Source of the DNA: an uncultured Verrucomicrobiae bacterium
GTDB lineage: Bacteria; Verrucomicrobiota; Verrucomicrobiia; Chthoniobacterales; JAFAMB01
Direction of reading: 5' to 3'
Assembly: GCA_963837955.1 (NCBI GenBank)
Contig: CAWIPH010000002.1
Coordinates: forward strand, 1,354,966-1,418,965
Length of the DNA stretch: 64,000 nucleotides
The position numbers and the translations under genes are program-made. The notes under the pieces are model-generated. The model was not told the DNA's origin and did no database searches. It was given only the letters and a program-made list of their open reading frames with translations. Shown piece after piece: positions 46,374 to 55,983 of this stretch (positions within the stretch are counted from its first letter, which is position 1; every line of letters begins with the position of its first letter).

Positions 46374-47333
46374 TTGATGGTCAACCCCCAGTCGGCTGTG
46401 GACGCAGATCGCGAATTTCAAACCCTGTATCGCACGTTGCGTTCGCTCCGCTGCCGTCCGGAAGAGCCGAGGCCTTATCCGGCTCACGTCATTAGTGGGC
46501 TGGAGACGCAAACCGACCCCACTATTTACGCGTGGCACGGTCGCAAACGTCTCGGTGATGCGAAGAACCCTTTCCTGGTGTGGCAATATACGCTGGCCGG
46601 CTCCGGCGCTTTCCAGTCCGGTGCGACCAAAGAGTTAGCGCTGACCTCCCCAGGCTACGCTTTCACAACTCTCGTCCCGAGTGACGACTTTTATTTTCTA
46701 CCATCAGAATCTAGGAGTTGGACCTTCTTTTGGTTGATCATTGATCACCCTTACATCGTTCGGCGAGTCAGGGACCGGATTCGTCTGACCGGCCCAATCT
46801 GGCAGGTGCCGCCCCGAAGCCCTCTGGTTGAACGTGCGCTCAATCTGTTCGACCTGGTTCGGGCGGCGTCGTTGCCAGACGAGTTCGCCGAAGAGGCGGA
46901 TCTTTTTGGCTTCTTGACTGAGTTCGAACGCTTGGGCCATCAAATCCTTTATCCGCCATTACCGCGGGAACGAGTTTTGAACGAAGTCCGCGCCGAAATC
47001 ATTGGCCGCCTGCCGTCTGGAGTGCCGAGCGTTAGCGAGCTAGCCGAGGAACGTGGGATGAGTCGTACGGGTTTCACCCATTATTTTCGGAGGACGACGG
47101 GCCTCAGCCCGGCCCGCTTTATCAATCAGGTCCGCTTGGAGGAGGTAACTAAATTATTGGTTTCTTCTTCTCTGAAGTTGTCTGCCATCGCCGAACAGAC
47201 TGGATTTGCCGATGCCACCCACCTCGGGAAGGTGTTTCGACGTCATTATTACCTCACTCCAGACAAATACCGGCACGTGATGGGAACCGAGCTATCCGAT
47301 CATTTGAAGGACGGCCTGTCGGCGGCGAGTTGA
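46374..47333 (+). CDS. AraC-family transcriptional regulator
   Basis: C-terminal double HTH: 'VSELAEERGMSRTGFTHYFRRTTGLSPARFINQVRLEE...IAEQTGFADATHLGKVFRRHY'. Confidence 0.8.
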   Translation: MMVNPQSAVDADREFQTLYRTLRSLRCRPEEPRPYPAHVISGLETQTDPTIYAWHGRKRLGDAKNPFLVWQYTLAGSGAFQSGATKELALTSPGYAFTTLVPSDDFYFLPSESRSWTFFWLIIDHPYIVRRVRDRIRLTGPIWQVPPRSPLVERALNLFDLVRAASLPDEFAEEADLFGFLTEFERLGHQILYPPLPRERVLNEVRAEIIGRLPSGVPSVSELAEERGMSRTGFTHYFRRTTGLSPARFINQVRLEEVTKLLVSSSLKLSAIAEQTGFADATHLGKVFRRHYYLTPDKYRHVMGTELSDHLKDGLSAAS

Positions 47334-47470
47334 ATTTCGCCGCCGCTCCGTCCCGTCTTGGGCTATAAAAATGCGGCTTTCCTTTACGAGATGGCTTGCT
47401 TCCTTGCTCGGAAAGCGGAAAAGTGTTTCTCAATACAAGCAGACTTGGTAGTATTTTAACGGATTAAGCT

Positions 47471-48406
47471 ATGAGCGTTGAGGCCGTTGAAGCCGAAAAG
47501 GCCCTGCACCCCCCAGTAACCCCTCCAGGCAGCGCAGGACGATCGGGCCGACTTAAAGGTTGGCTGATGGCGCCTGCCGTCATTTCGCTTTTTCTCTGGA
47601 TGATTGTTCCGCTGGGGATGACGATTTACTTCTCGTTCATCCGCTACAGCCTGCTCAATCCGACTAATACCGGGTTTGCTTTTTTCGAGAACTACCAGTT
47701 CCTGGCTGGTGATCCCTCGTTTTGGCCGGCCATTATCAATACGCTGCTTTTCATCGGGTCGATTCTGGTGATAACGGTCGTGTTTGGCGTCCTGTTTGCG
47801 GTGCTTTATGATCAGGAATTCTTCGGCAAGAACGTCGCGATGCTTTTGGTGATCGCCCCCTTTTTCGTCATGCCAACTGTCAGCGCTCTGGTCTGGAAGA
47901 ACATGATCATGCACCCAGTCTATGGACTGCTCAGCTTGGCTTGTCAGAAGCTGGGACTCCCCGTGATTGATTGGTTTGCCCAGTATCCGCTCTTTTCTGT
48001 CATCACCATTGTCTCCTGGGAATGGATCCCTTTTTCATTTCTGATCTTAGTCACCGCCATCAAATCCCTCGATCGTGAGCAGCGCGAAGCCGCCGCAATC
48101 GACGGAGCCGGACCAATCGCCCAATTTTTTTACATCGTCTTGCCGCACCTCGGTCGAGCAATCGCGGTCGTAGTCATGATTGAGACCATTTTCCTGCTTT
48201 CGGTTTTTGCCGAAATTTATACCACCACCGGCGGCGGACCAGGCAACGCCACCACGACACTAGCTTATCTGGTTTACGCGCTCGGCCTGCAGCAATTCGA
48301 CGCCGGCGTCGCCTCGGCCGGCGGAATTCTGGCGGTCATTCTCGCGAATATCGTGTCAATTTTCCTTGTCCGGATGCTTGCTCGTAACCTGCAGACCGCT
48401 AACTAA
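47471..48406 (+). CDS. Carbohydrate ABC transporter permease (CUT1, MalF-like)
   Basis: EAA loop 'REAAAIDGAGPIAQFFYIVLP'; 6 TM segments. Confidence 0.85.
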   Translation: MSVEAVEAEKALHPPVTPPGSAGRSGRLKGWLMAPAVISLFLWMIVPLGMTIYFSFIRYSLLNPTNTGFAFFENYQFLAGDPSFWPAIINTLLFIGSILVITVVFGVLFAVLYDQEFFGKNVAMLLVIAPFFVMPTVSALVWKNMIMHPVYGLLSLACQKLGLPVIDWFAQYPLFSVITIVSWEWIPFSFLILVTAIKSLDREQREAAAIDGAGPIAQFFYIVLPHLGRAIAVVVMIETIFLLSVFAEIYTTTGGGPGNATTTLAYLVYALGLQQFDAGVASAGGILAVILANIVSIFLVRMLARNLQTAN

Positions 48407-48421
48407 ACGCTGGCCAATACG

Positions 48422-49237
48422 ATGACAAAAGAGCTGACGACAAAGGTGTTAACCACCGTACTAGGGTGGCTGGTCGCGATCCTTTTTTTCTTCCCAATAT
48501 TTTGGATGGCGATCACGGCGTTTAAGACTGAGAAAGGCGCCTACTCGCCGGACCTGATCTTTTGGCCGACGCTCGAATCCTTCGCCGACGTATTTGCCCG
48601 CAGCAATTATTTTCAGTATGCCCAGAATTCCATCCTGATTTCTTTTGGATCGACATTTTTTTGTTTCCTCTTAGCGATTCCGGCGGCCTACAAGATAGCC
48701 TTCTTCCCGACGAAAAGGACCCAGTCGACCCTGCTTTGGATGCTCTCCACCAAAATGATGCCGTCGGTGGGCGTACTCATTCCGATCTACATCCTTTGGC
48801 AGCACTTTGGGTTGCTGGACACGATTCCCGGACTCATCATCATTTTCACGTTGATGAATCTGCCGATCGCCGTTTGGATGAGTTACACCTATTTTTGTGA
48901 GGTGCCGAAAGGCATACTGGAAGCGGCTCGCATCGATGGTGCGGATGTCTGGAAAGAGCTTTGGTATTTGTTACGGCCAATGACGATGCCAGGCCTGGCG
49001 TCGACCGCGCTGCTTCTCATTATCTTTGCTTGGAACGAGGCCTTTTGGAGCATCAATCTTTCCAATGCGAACGCGCAGCCGCTGACCATGTTCATAGCAT
49101 CCTACTCGAGTCCAGAAGGACTCTTTTGGGCCAAGCTATCGGCGGCCTCGTTTCTCGCCGTCGCTCCGATCATGGTGCTCGGGTGGCTAACGCAAAAACA
49201 GCTCGTGCGTGGTCTCACCTTTGGCGCGGTGAAATAG
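48422..49237 (+). CDS. Carbohydrate ABC transporter permease (CUT1, MalG-like)
   Basis: EAA loop 'LEAARIDGADVWKELWYLLRP'. Confidence 0.9.
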   Translation: MTKELTTKVLTTVLGWLVAILFFFPIFWMAITAFKTEKGAYSPDLIFWPTLESFADVFARSNYFQYAQNSILISFGSTFFCFLLAIPAAYKIAFFPTKRTQSTLLWMLSTKMMPSVGVLIPIYILWQHFGLLDTIPGLIIIFTLMNLPIAVWMSYTYFCEVPKGILEAARIDGADVWKELWYLLRPMTMPGLASTALLLIIFAWNEAFWSINLSNANAQPLTMFIASYSSPEGLFWAKLSAASFLAVAPIMVLGWLTQKQLVRGLTFGAVK

Positions 49238-49410
49238 TAGCCCGACGCTCCAGCCGTAGCCTGATGCTCCAGCCTCAGGAACGAGCGCGTTCAAAAAACG
49301 CCAGATAAACGGGCCGTACAGGCACGTTGCGTCCTGCGTTCCAGAGGCTGGCTTGCCCGCCGAAGTTATGGGTGGTTGTGGGACGAAGGCTGGAGCATCA
49401 GCTTACTCTC

Positions 49411-49689
49411 TCAATAGTAGTGCCACCGCCCGTAGCGATAATAGCGATATCGATACCTACCACCATGATAATGGTAGTAGCCATGGTACCGGTACGGATA
49501 CCGATAATAAGGGTGACCGCCGACATTGATTCGGACGTATGTGGCGGCCTGTAGATCGGCGCTGCCAAGAAATCCGAGAGAGAACAGAGCCATCGCAACT
49601 ATGGGTGCGAATTTCGCTGCCCGACATTGAAGGCGCGCAGCTAAAGATTGCTCCGCAGGGCTTACGACTTGGATGTCATTGTCGTTCAT
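49411..49689 (-). CDS. Small secreted Tyr/Arg/His/Gly-rich protein
   Basis: 92-aa ORF. Signal-like 'RAAKFAPIVAMALFSLGFLGSADLQAA' is followed by a 43-aa tail, 'TYVRINVGGHPYYRYPYRYHGYYHYHGGRYRYRYYRYGRWHYY'. Confidence 0.45.
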   Translation of the reverse strand: MNDNDIQVVSPAEQSLAARLQCRAAKFAPIVAMALFSLGFLGSADLQAATYVRINVGGHPYYRYPYRYHGYYHYHGGRYRYRYYRYGRWHYY

Positions 49690-49812
49690 CTGCTTCAGTG
49701 AGGTTCTGGGGACCCCATTCGAATACCAAAAGGAAACGGGGAGTACAAGGAGTTCGGCAGATTGTGCCGCTGTACGCCGTTCTTTGGTGTTCGAGATGCG
49801 TGGAGGTGATCG

Positions 49813-49847
49813 GTAATCAGTAATCAGTAATCAGTAATCAGTAATCA
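49813..49847. repeat. Perfect heptamer microsatellite (GTAATCA)x5
   Basis: Read directly from the sequence. It lies in the divergent intergenic region between 49689 (-) and 50110 (+). Confidence 0.95.
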
Positions 49848-50109
49848 GAGAGCAGGGAGGAGAAATCCCCCGTTGGTGCTCGCCAGCTGGATAGAGCGCC
49901 GATCTGTCCCGCCGGCACTCTGTTATCGTGAACAGTGTTCAATCGGCAATTTGAACACCGGTGCGCTGGCGTAGAGTGACGCGTTGATCGATTGTTGGGG
50001 TGCCGCGGATCTAATGGGCAATGCGCGCCCCATCCTAAAGAACTGAAAAGTGCGTCCGTAATAACCTATTATATTAGATACCCTGCGCCGGGACGCCGGC
50101 GCGCTGAAC

Positions 50110-51021
50110 ATGCAAAAACCTGCCAAGCCGACGGTGGTCATCGTCGGAGGATACAATGCTGACCTCGTAATCTCCTGCGAAACGCTGCCGGTAGAGGGAA
50201 AGAGCATGGTCGGCGGGCCGTTACAGATCTTTGGAGGCGGACGCGGCGCCAATTGCGCGGTGGCTGCGGCCCGAGCGGGAGCCAGGGTTGCCTTTGTTGG
50301 AGCCCATGGCCGGGACGCTTTTGGTGGGATGGCGCAAGGTCAGCTCAATAATGAAGGGATCGACATAACCAATTTTCGAGAGCTGCCTTTTGTCAGCACG
50401 GGGGCGTCCTTGAGCATGGTGGACATATCCACGGGCCGGAATTTCCTGGTTTGCGCGGAGTCCGCCAATAACCATCTGACACCGGAAATGGTTCGATCGA
50501 CGCGGAGACTCCTGCACACGGCCGATCTGGTTATCTCTGAGCTTGAGATACCTCCGGAGACAGCCTGGGAGGCGAAGAAGATCTGCGAGGAACGCGATAT
50601 CCCCTTTCTACTCGATATTTCGCCGATCAATCGAATCACTCAAGTTCCGAAGAACAATATGCTAGCGATTGTGGCGGAGTCTTCGGACGAAGTCATGAGC
50701 ATCACCGGTACGTCTAACGTTTCGGATGCCATTGTAGCTCTCCATCGGACGGGGGCCCGAAATGTGGTGCTCGTTGATCACAGCCGGGAAATTACCTATT
50801 CCGACGGGCAAACCGTCGGAACCGTCTCGGTGCCGGTTAAGCGCATCCTGGATCGCTGTGGAGCGACCGAGTGTCTGGAAACCTGGATCGGTCTGGCCCT
50901 GATTCGGAATGTTTCATTGTCCGAAGCCTGCCGCGAAGCGTCATTCGCGATGGCCCATAGCCTTACTCATATGGGAGGCCACAAAGGAATGCCGTATCGG
51001 TCCGAGGTATTGACGGTCTGA
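50110..51021 (+). CDS. PfkB/ribokinase-family carbohydrate kinase (divergent C-terminal motif)
   Basis: 'VVIVGGYNADLV' and 'GGGRGANCAVAAARAG' fit motif 1. The motif-2 position reads 'LDRCGATECLETWIG' rather than the usual DTxGAGD. Confidence 0.75.
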   Translation: MQKPAKPTVVIVGGYNADLVISCETLPVEGKSMVGGPLQIFGGGRGANCAVAAARAGARVAFVGAHGRDAFGGMAQGQLNNEGIDITNFRELPFVSTGASLSMVDISTGRNFLVCAESANNHLTPEMVRSTRRLLHTADLVISELEIPPETAWEAKKICEERDIPFLLDISPINRITQVPKNNMLAIVAESSDEVMSITGTSNVSDAIVALHRTGARNVVLVDHSREITYSDGQTVGTVSVPVKRILDRCGATECLETWIGLALIRNVSLSEACREASFAMAHSLTHMGGHKGMPYRSEVLTV

Positions 51022-51113
51022 GAGGAGCTCCGATCTTTCAACTTGCGGCGGTAGCAGCGTTCCAAGATGAGGAAGAAGAGGACTGAGGCCCAACCGCTCT
51101 TGTATTCCGTCTC

Positions 51114-51995
51114 CTATTTGCTCGCTCCTGCCGTTAGCCCGCCGCGCCAATATTTTCCGAGGAGAACGAACGCCATGAGTAGTGGCAAGACGCTGATGAG
51201 CGAGCCGAGAGCAATCAGGTGATAGGACGGTTTTCCGCCGCCCGCGGCGTTACTGACGCTGTTCCACACGTTTAGTCCGAGGGTTAAGGGATAAAGTTCG
51301 TCCTGGCTGAGGACGATCAGTGGGAGGAAGAAGTTGTTCCACGCGCCGACGAAACTGAGAAGCGCAACCGTCACCAGGCCGCTCTGCATTAACGGCATCC
51401 CCAGACGCCAAAAGATAAGCAATTCCCCGGCGCCGTCCAAGCGCGCCGCTTCAATCAGTTCGTTCGGAAAAGAGGCGTTCCAGAAAATGCGCATCAGATA
51501 GAGACCGAACGGATTCACCAAGCTCGGCAGGATGACACCCCAGATAGTGTTCACTAACCCCAGCCGATAGAGCATGAGGAACAGCGGTAGAACCAGAGCT
51601 GTCGAAGGCACCATGATGGCGCCAAGAATGAAGTTAAAAAGAAATTGTTTTCCGGGAAAATCGTATTTGGCGAAAGCGTACCCGCCAAACGCGCAGATCA
51701 GCGTACTGCCCAACGAAATCGATCCGGCGTAAAGCAGCGAATTGCCAAACCACCGGACAAAAATTCCGTCCCGATAAGCGAAAAGGTCAGCGATGTTCTC
51801 AAAAAAGTGAGGTGGACTAGCAAACCACAAGCCGAACGTGGTGAAAATCTGGCTGCTATCTTTGGTCACGGCAGCCAGGATCCAAGTCGCCGGTAGGATG
51901 CAATAAACCAGGAAGATCGCGAGAACCATGTAACGGAGAGCCCCCGGGAGGCGGGCTGCGGATCCAGCAGTCGAGGAAGTTTGCTTGGGCGCCAT
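51114..51995 (-). CDS. Carbohydrate ABC transporter permease (CUT1)
   Basis: EAA loop 'IEAARLDGAGELLIFWRLGMP'. Confidence 0.9.
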   Translation of the reverse strand: MAPKQTSSTAGSAARLPGALRYMVLAIFLVYCILPATWILAAVTKDSSQIFTTFGLWFASPPHFFENIADLFAYRDGIFVRWFGNSLLYAGSISLGSTLICAFGGYAFAKYDFPGKQFLFNFILGAIMVPSTALVLPLFLMLYRLGLVNTIWGVILPSLVNPFGLYLMRIFWNASFPNELIEAARLDGAGELLIFWRLGMPLMQSGLVTVALLSFVGAWNNFFLPLIVLSQDELYPLTLGLNVWNSVSNAAGGGKPSYHLIALGSLISVLPLLMAFVLLGKYWRGGLTAGASK

Positions 51996-52010
51996 GACCG
52001 TCCTGGATGG

Positions 52011-52898
52011 TTATCGGGAACTGATCCGACGAAGAAAAGCTCCGCTGATCGCGAAGATCACAATTGCCAACAAGATTGCTAACGCGCCGGCATACGAGTA
52101 GTTCGCGTCGCGAGCGGCGGTGAGATACAGATAAAGATTGGGCGTAATATTGTCGGCGACGTAACCAAGCGGACGCGTTACGAAAGCTTCGGTAAAGAGC
52201 TGAGATGTACCGATGACCGAAAAGATGAGGCAGAGTTGCAGCGTCGGAATCACTAGAGGGATCTTAATGTAGCGAACGATGTTCCAGCCCGTCGCTCCAT
52301 CCACTCGGGCAGCTTCAAAGATGTCTTTTGGTATGTTCTGCAGGGCCGCGAAAAGGGTGATCATGTTGTAACCCGTCCACGCCCAGGTCACGATGTTCCC
52401 AATCGAGAAGAGGATGAGCGCTGGTGACAGAAAATCGATCGTTCCTAAATGCAGCCCGCTCAGGATCTGATTAAACGGGGACAGATGGCGGGCGTACATA
52501 TAGCCCCAAATCAATCCTCCGATCGCGGTCGGAATCGTGTACGGCAGGAAATACACAGTACGACACACCCGAGTGAAGAGGCCGCGCGATTGGTCAAGGA
52601 GGAGTGCCAGCAGAATCGCGAGCCCGAGCATCACCGGAACCTGAACAATCCCAAATAAGAAGATATTCTTCAACCCGTTCAGAAAATCTGCATCTTGAAC
52701 AGCTCGGACATAATTTTCGAGACCTCCGAAAACTTCTTTGGGCGGACCGATGCCGATCCGTTTCTTAATGAAGAGGCTTAGGTAGATCGCATAAAATATG
52801 GGAGCGAGGTAGAACGCAGCGAACACCGTCAGGAATGGTGCTAAGAAGAGTAGAGCAGTCCTGTGGTAACGCATTAGGAGAATCTCACGCAAAGGCAA
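52011..52898 (-). CDS. Carbohydrate ABC transporter permease (CUT1)
   Basis: EAA loop '[21 protein letters not shown]'. An alternative start is at 52874. Confidence 0.9.
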   Translation of the reverse strand: MPLREILLMRYHRTALLFLAPFLTVFAAFYLAPIFYAIYLSLFIKKRIGIGPPKEVFGGLENYVRAVQDADFLNGLKNIFLFGIVQVPVMLGLAILLALLLDQSRGLFTRVCRTVYFLPYTIPTAIGGLIWGYMYARHLSPFNQILSGLHLGTIDFLSPALILFSIGNIVTWAWTGYNMITLFAALQNIPKDIFEAARVDGATGWNIVRYIKIPLVIPTLQLCLIFSVIGTSQLFTEAFVTRPLGYVADNITPNLYLYLTAARDANYSYAGALAILLAIVIFAISGAFLRRISSR

Positions 52899-53043
52899 AG
52901 CCGCAAAGAAAGACCGGATAGGAGAGAATAGAATGTCGGCATGGTTTTCTGTCCGCCGGTCAAGCTTTTGATGACTTAATAGTTATTCCCACCTTCCTCG
53001 CCGTTCTCTTTGCGCCTTTGCGTCTTTGCGTGAGATTTTATTC

Positions 53044-54456
53044 CTACTGCCCCTTCACGTCATATCCGGCGTCTTTACCGTTCTTGAGGCAGTCGCTCTG
53101 CCAACCATCAAGCGCCTGCTTTACTGTGGCCGACCCGCCGACCAAGTCCGCTATGTGTTTGTTGTAATTATCATTCGCGAAGGCAAACCACGGAGCCCAA
53201 GCAAAATCGACATTGATTGCTTTCGCGGCATCGGAATAAAGCTGGGTCAGGTTTTGGCCACCACAAAACTTGGAAGGATTTTTGTCGGGATGGTTGAGAT
53301 CGGGAGACGCCAGACCGGAAAGCGAGGCTGGGAAGATCCCGGTGTTAACCCAGTTGGCGATGACCGGCGCTTTGCGGGTATTCAACCATATGCAGAAGAG
53401 GGTAGCTGCCTTTGGATGCTTCGATTGTTTTGTCACAGCATTGCAACTACCTCCCCAGTTTCCGCTGCGGAACGGCTGATCTTTACTCCATTGAGGGAGG
53501 GGCGCTGCCCGCCAGTCACCAGCTGTCTTATCATTCAACGAAGCAGCAAAGACACCCGGACCCCAGGCAGCCTCCACCGATGAAGCGATCTGACCAGATC
53601 CGAGTGCGGTATAAAACTCCGCGGTAAAATCGGGCAAAGTCGAGACGTATCCTTTCTTCACCAGACCGTCCCAGAAAGTCAGTACCTTCTCCGAGGCAGA
53701 GTTGTTCAGGGTTTGAGTCCAAGAATCACCCTTTACCTTGAAAAATTCGCCGCCGCTGGCCCAAGCGAGTCCGATGAACCAGGGCGCGTGGGTAGGGAAG
53801 AAGTCCGCCATCTTAACTTTGCCGTTACTGGCTTTGGCAAGTTTCTCTGCCTGTTGAGCAAACTCGTCCCAGGTGGTTGGAACGGTAAGTTGGTACTGAT
53901 CGAAGATTTTTTTGTTGTAGACGAAGGCCATTGGTCCGGTGTCTTGCGGAATTCCAAAGACTGCTTTTCCATCTGGCGACACTTGTCCCCAAGTCCAATC
54001 CACAAAATACGATTTGGCGTCATTCGCACCATACTGCGAGATGTCAGCTAGACCGTCAGTTGCGATGAATGAGGGCAGAAAATCGTACTCGATCTGCGCA
54101 ACGTCAGGCGCTCCGGATCCGGCTTTGAGTACGGTTTGCAGTTTCTGGTACTCTGCCGGTCCGCCACCGACGTTGTTCGCGTGTACTTTGATGTTGGGGA
54201 AGGCTTGCTCGAATTCTTTTACTACCTGATCTAATCCGACTACCCACGACCAAACCTCTAGAGTGATCTGACCATCCTCCACTTTGAACTTGCTATAGTC
54301 GGGTTCCTTGAAGTCGGTCGAAGATTGAGCCGAGGAGCGAAGCAGTGGGGTGGTCACCAAGGCGAATAAAACCAAAAGACCGAGGATTGGCTTCAGGCAT
54401 TGGAAACGAGATGTTTGCCAAAAGATATGCGAAAGAATTCTGGGGGGTGTAACCAT
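53044..54456 (-). CDS. ABC transporter extracellular sugar-binding protein
   Basis: 470 aa with an N-terminal signal/anchor. SBP_bac_1-like; first gene of the permease operon, divergent from the LacI gene. Confidence 0.85.
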   Translation of the reverse strand: MVTPPRILSHIFWQTSRFQCLKPILGLLVLFALVTTPLLRSSAQSSTDFKEPDYSKFKVEDGQITLEVWSWVVGLDQVVKEFEQAFPNIKVHANNVGGGPAEYQKLQTVLKAGSGAPDVAQIEYDFLPSFIATDGLADISQYGANDAKSYFVDWTWGQVSPDGKAVFGIPQDTGPMAFVYNKKIFDQYQLTVPTTWDEFAQQAEKLAKASNGKVKMADFFPTHAPWFIGLAWASGGEFFKVKGDSWTQTLNNSASEKVLTFWDGLVKKGYVSTLPDFTAEFYTALGSGQIASSVEAAWGPGVFAASLNDKTAGDWRAAPLPQWSKDQPFRSGNWGGSCNAVTKQSKHPKAATLFCIWLNTRKAPVIANWVNTGIFPASLSGLASPDLNHPDKNPSKFCGGQNLTQLYSDAAKAINVDFAWAPWFAFANDNYNKHIADLVGGSATVKQALDGWQSDCLKNGKDAGYDVKGQ

Positions 54457-54652
54457 AAGAGGATCTGGATAATAGGGTCCGATTGGGTTGGGGAATGCGG
54501 CTATCCTGGTTGACGCATGGGGGGAATTAGGGGTACGTTGTGAACGTTCACAACGCTTACACTAACTGTTCCCTTCCCACAACCGAATTCTGCCGCTCAT
54601 CTTTGCCATTCCCAGCCAGTCTCGTTCCCGATCAGCCCAGCCGAATTCATCC

Positions 54653-55711
54653 ATGTCCGCCCCACATTCCCAACGCTCGAAACCTCCTACCCTCAAGGAT
54701 GTGGCGGCCCGATCAGACGTTTCCTACCAGACAGTTTCTCGCGTCGTAAACGGTAGTCTCCACGTCAAGGCCGAGACCAGGGCTCGGGTAACCGAAGCGA
54801 TGGAAGCGCTTCGATACCGGCCAAACCAGGCCGCCCGGCATCTGGTCAGCCGGCAATCGATGATCATCGGCTGCGTCTCATCGATCACTTTTTATGGACC
54901 TGCTCGAATCATGGTGAGCGTGGAAATGTGCGCGAAGAGACATGGGTACAATGTCATGTTTTCGGAGCTTCCCGAAGTAAGTCTTGCCGAAGTTCGTCAC
55001 TCGGTAGACGAACTTTGCGCCCGCCAGGTGGATGGCATCGTTTTCCTTATCCCGCTCCAGCTCGAGATGGATTTCATTCGGAGTATTTGCCAGGACGTTC
55101 CGTTCGTCGCGATCGATGTCGATTTAGGACCCCGCCTCCCGGTAGTCATGGTCGACCAGAACAGAGGCGCGCGCCTGGCTATCCAACATGTCACCGGCCT
55201 AGGGCACAGCCAGATAGCTTTCATTTGCGGACCTTCACAGTGGCGAGCCACTAAACTGCGTACCCAAGGCTGGATGAAAGCGTTAAAACGGCTCAACCTC
55301 TCACCCGGACCTATGCTCGAAGGTGATTGGAGTCCTCAGAGCGGCTACCTGGCCACTCTCGAATTGATCCGCCGTCACCGAGGTAATTTCACTGCTCTGG
55401 TAGTAGCGAACGATCATATGGCCCTCGGAGCATTGAGTGCTTTCCACGAGAACGGCATCAAGGTCCCTGACGAAATCTCAGTCATCGGATACGATGGGAT
55501 GCCCGAGACCGAGTTTTATCAGCCTCCTCTTTCCACTATCTACCAGGACTTTGCTGCTCTGGGAGAAGTGAGCGTCGAATTTCTACTGAAAATGATAAAC
55601 CGGCCCGGTAGTCCGCCAAAACGTTTTCTACTGAAGCCGGTCCTGATCCCCAGAAGGAGCACGGCTTCGCGGCCCGCGATCAAAAAGCGAACTGTGAAAG
55701 GCAAGACGTGA
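54653..55711 (+). CDS. LacI-family transcriptional regulator
   Basis: HTH 'TLKDVAARSDVSYQTVSRVVNG' plus a periplasmic-binding-like core. Confidence 0.9.
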   Translation: MSAPHSQRSKPPTLKDVAARSDVSYQTVSRVVNGSLHVKAETRARVTEAMEALRYRPNQAARHLVSRQSMIIGCVSSITFYGPARIMVSVEMCAKRHGYNVMFSELPEVSLAEVRHSVDELCARQVDGIVFLIPLQLEMDFIRSICQDVPFVAIDVDLGPRLPVVMVDQNRGARLAIQHVTGLGHSQIAFICGPSQWRATKLRTQGWMKALKRLNLSPGPMLEGDWSPQSGYLATLELIRRHRGNFTALVVANDHMALGALSAFHENGIKVPDEISVIGYDGMPETEFYQPPLSTIYQDFAALGEVSVEFLLKMINRPGSPPKRFLLKPVLIPRRSTASRPAIKKRTVKGKT

Positions 55712-55983
55712 TAAGCGAAACAAATAGCAGGGCGTTGGTTGATGGAGATAGGAACGTGGCGCGCCGGATTGCTGGCTCACCTCACCACAAACCGCAGTCG
55801 CCATGCGCTTTCAATAGACCAAACCGATTGGACGCGGACCCGGTTTTGTCAGGACTGGCCGCGTCCGAGGCTTCGCGAAGTCGGGCTCGTGTTGCATTAG
55901 ACCAGTTCCCGGCGTTCCCGGCGTTCCCGGCGATGGCGGCGTTCCCGGCGTTCCTTTGCGCTTCTCATTCCCCTTAAATCAAA

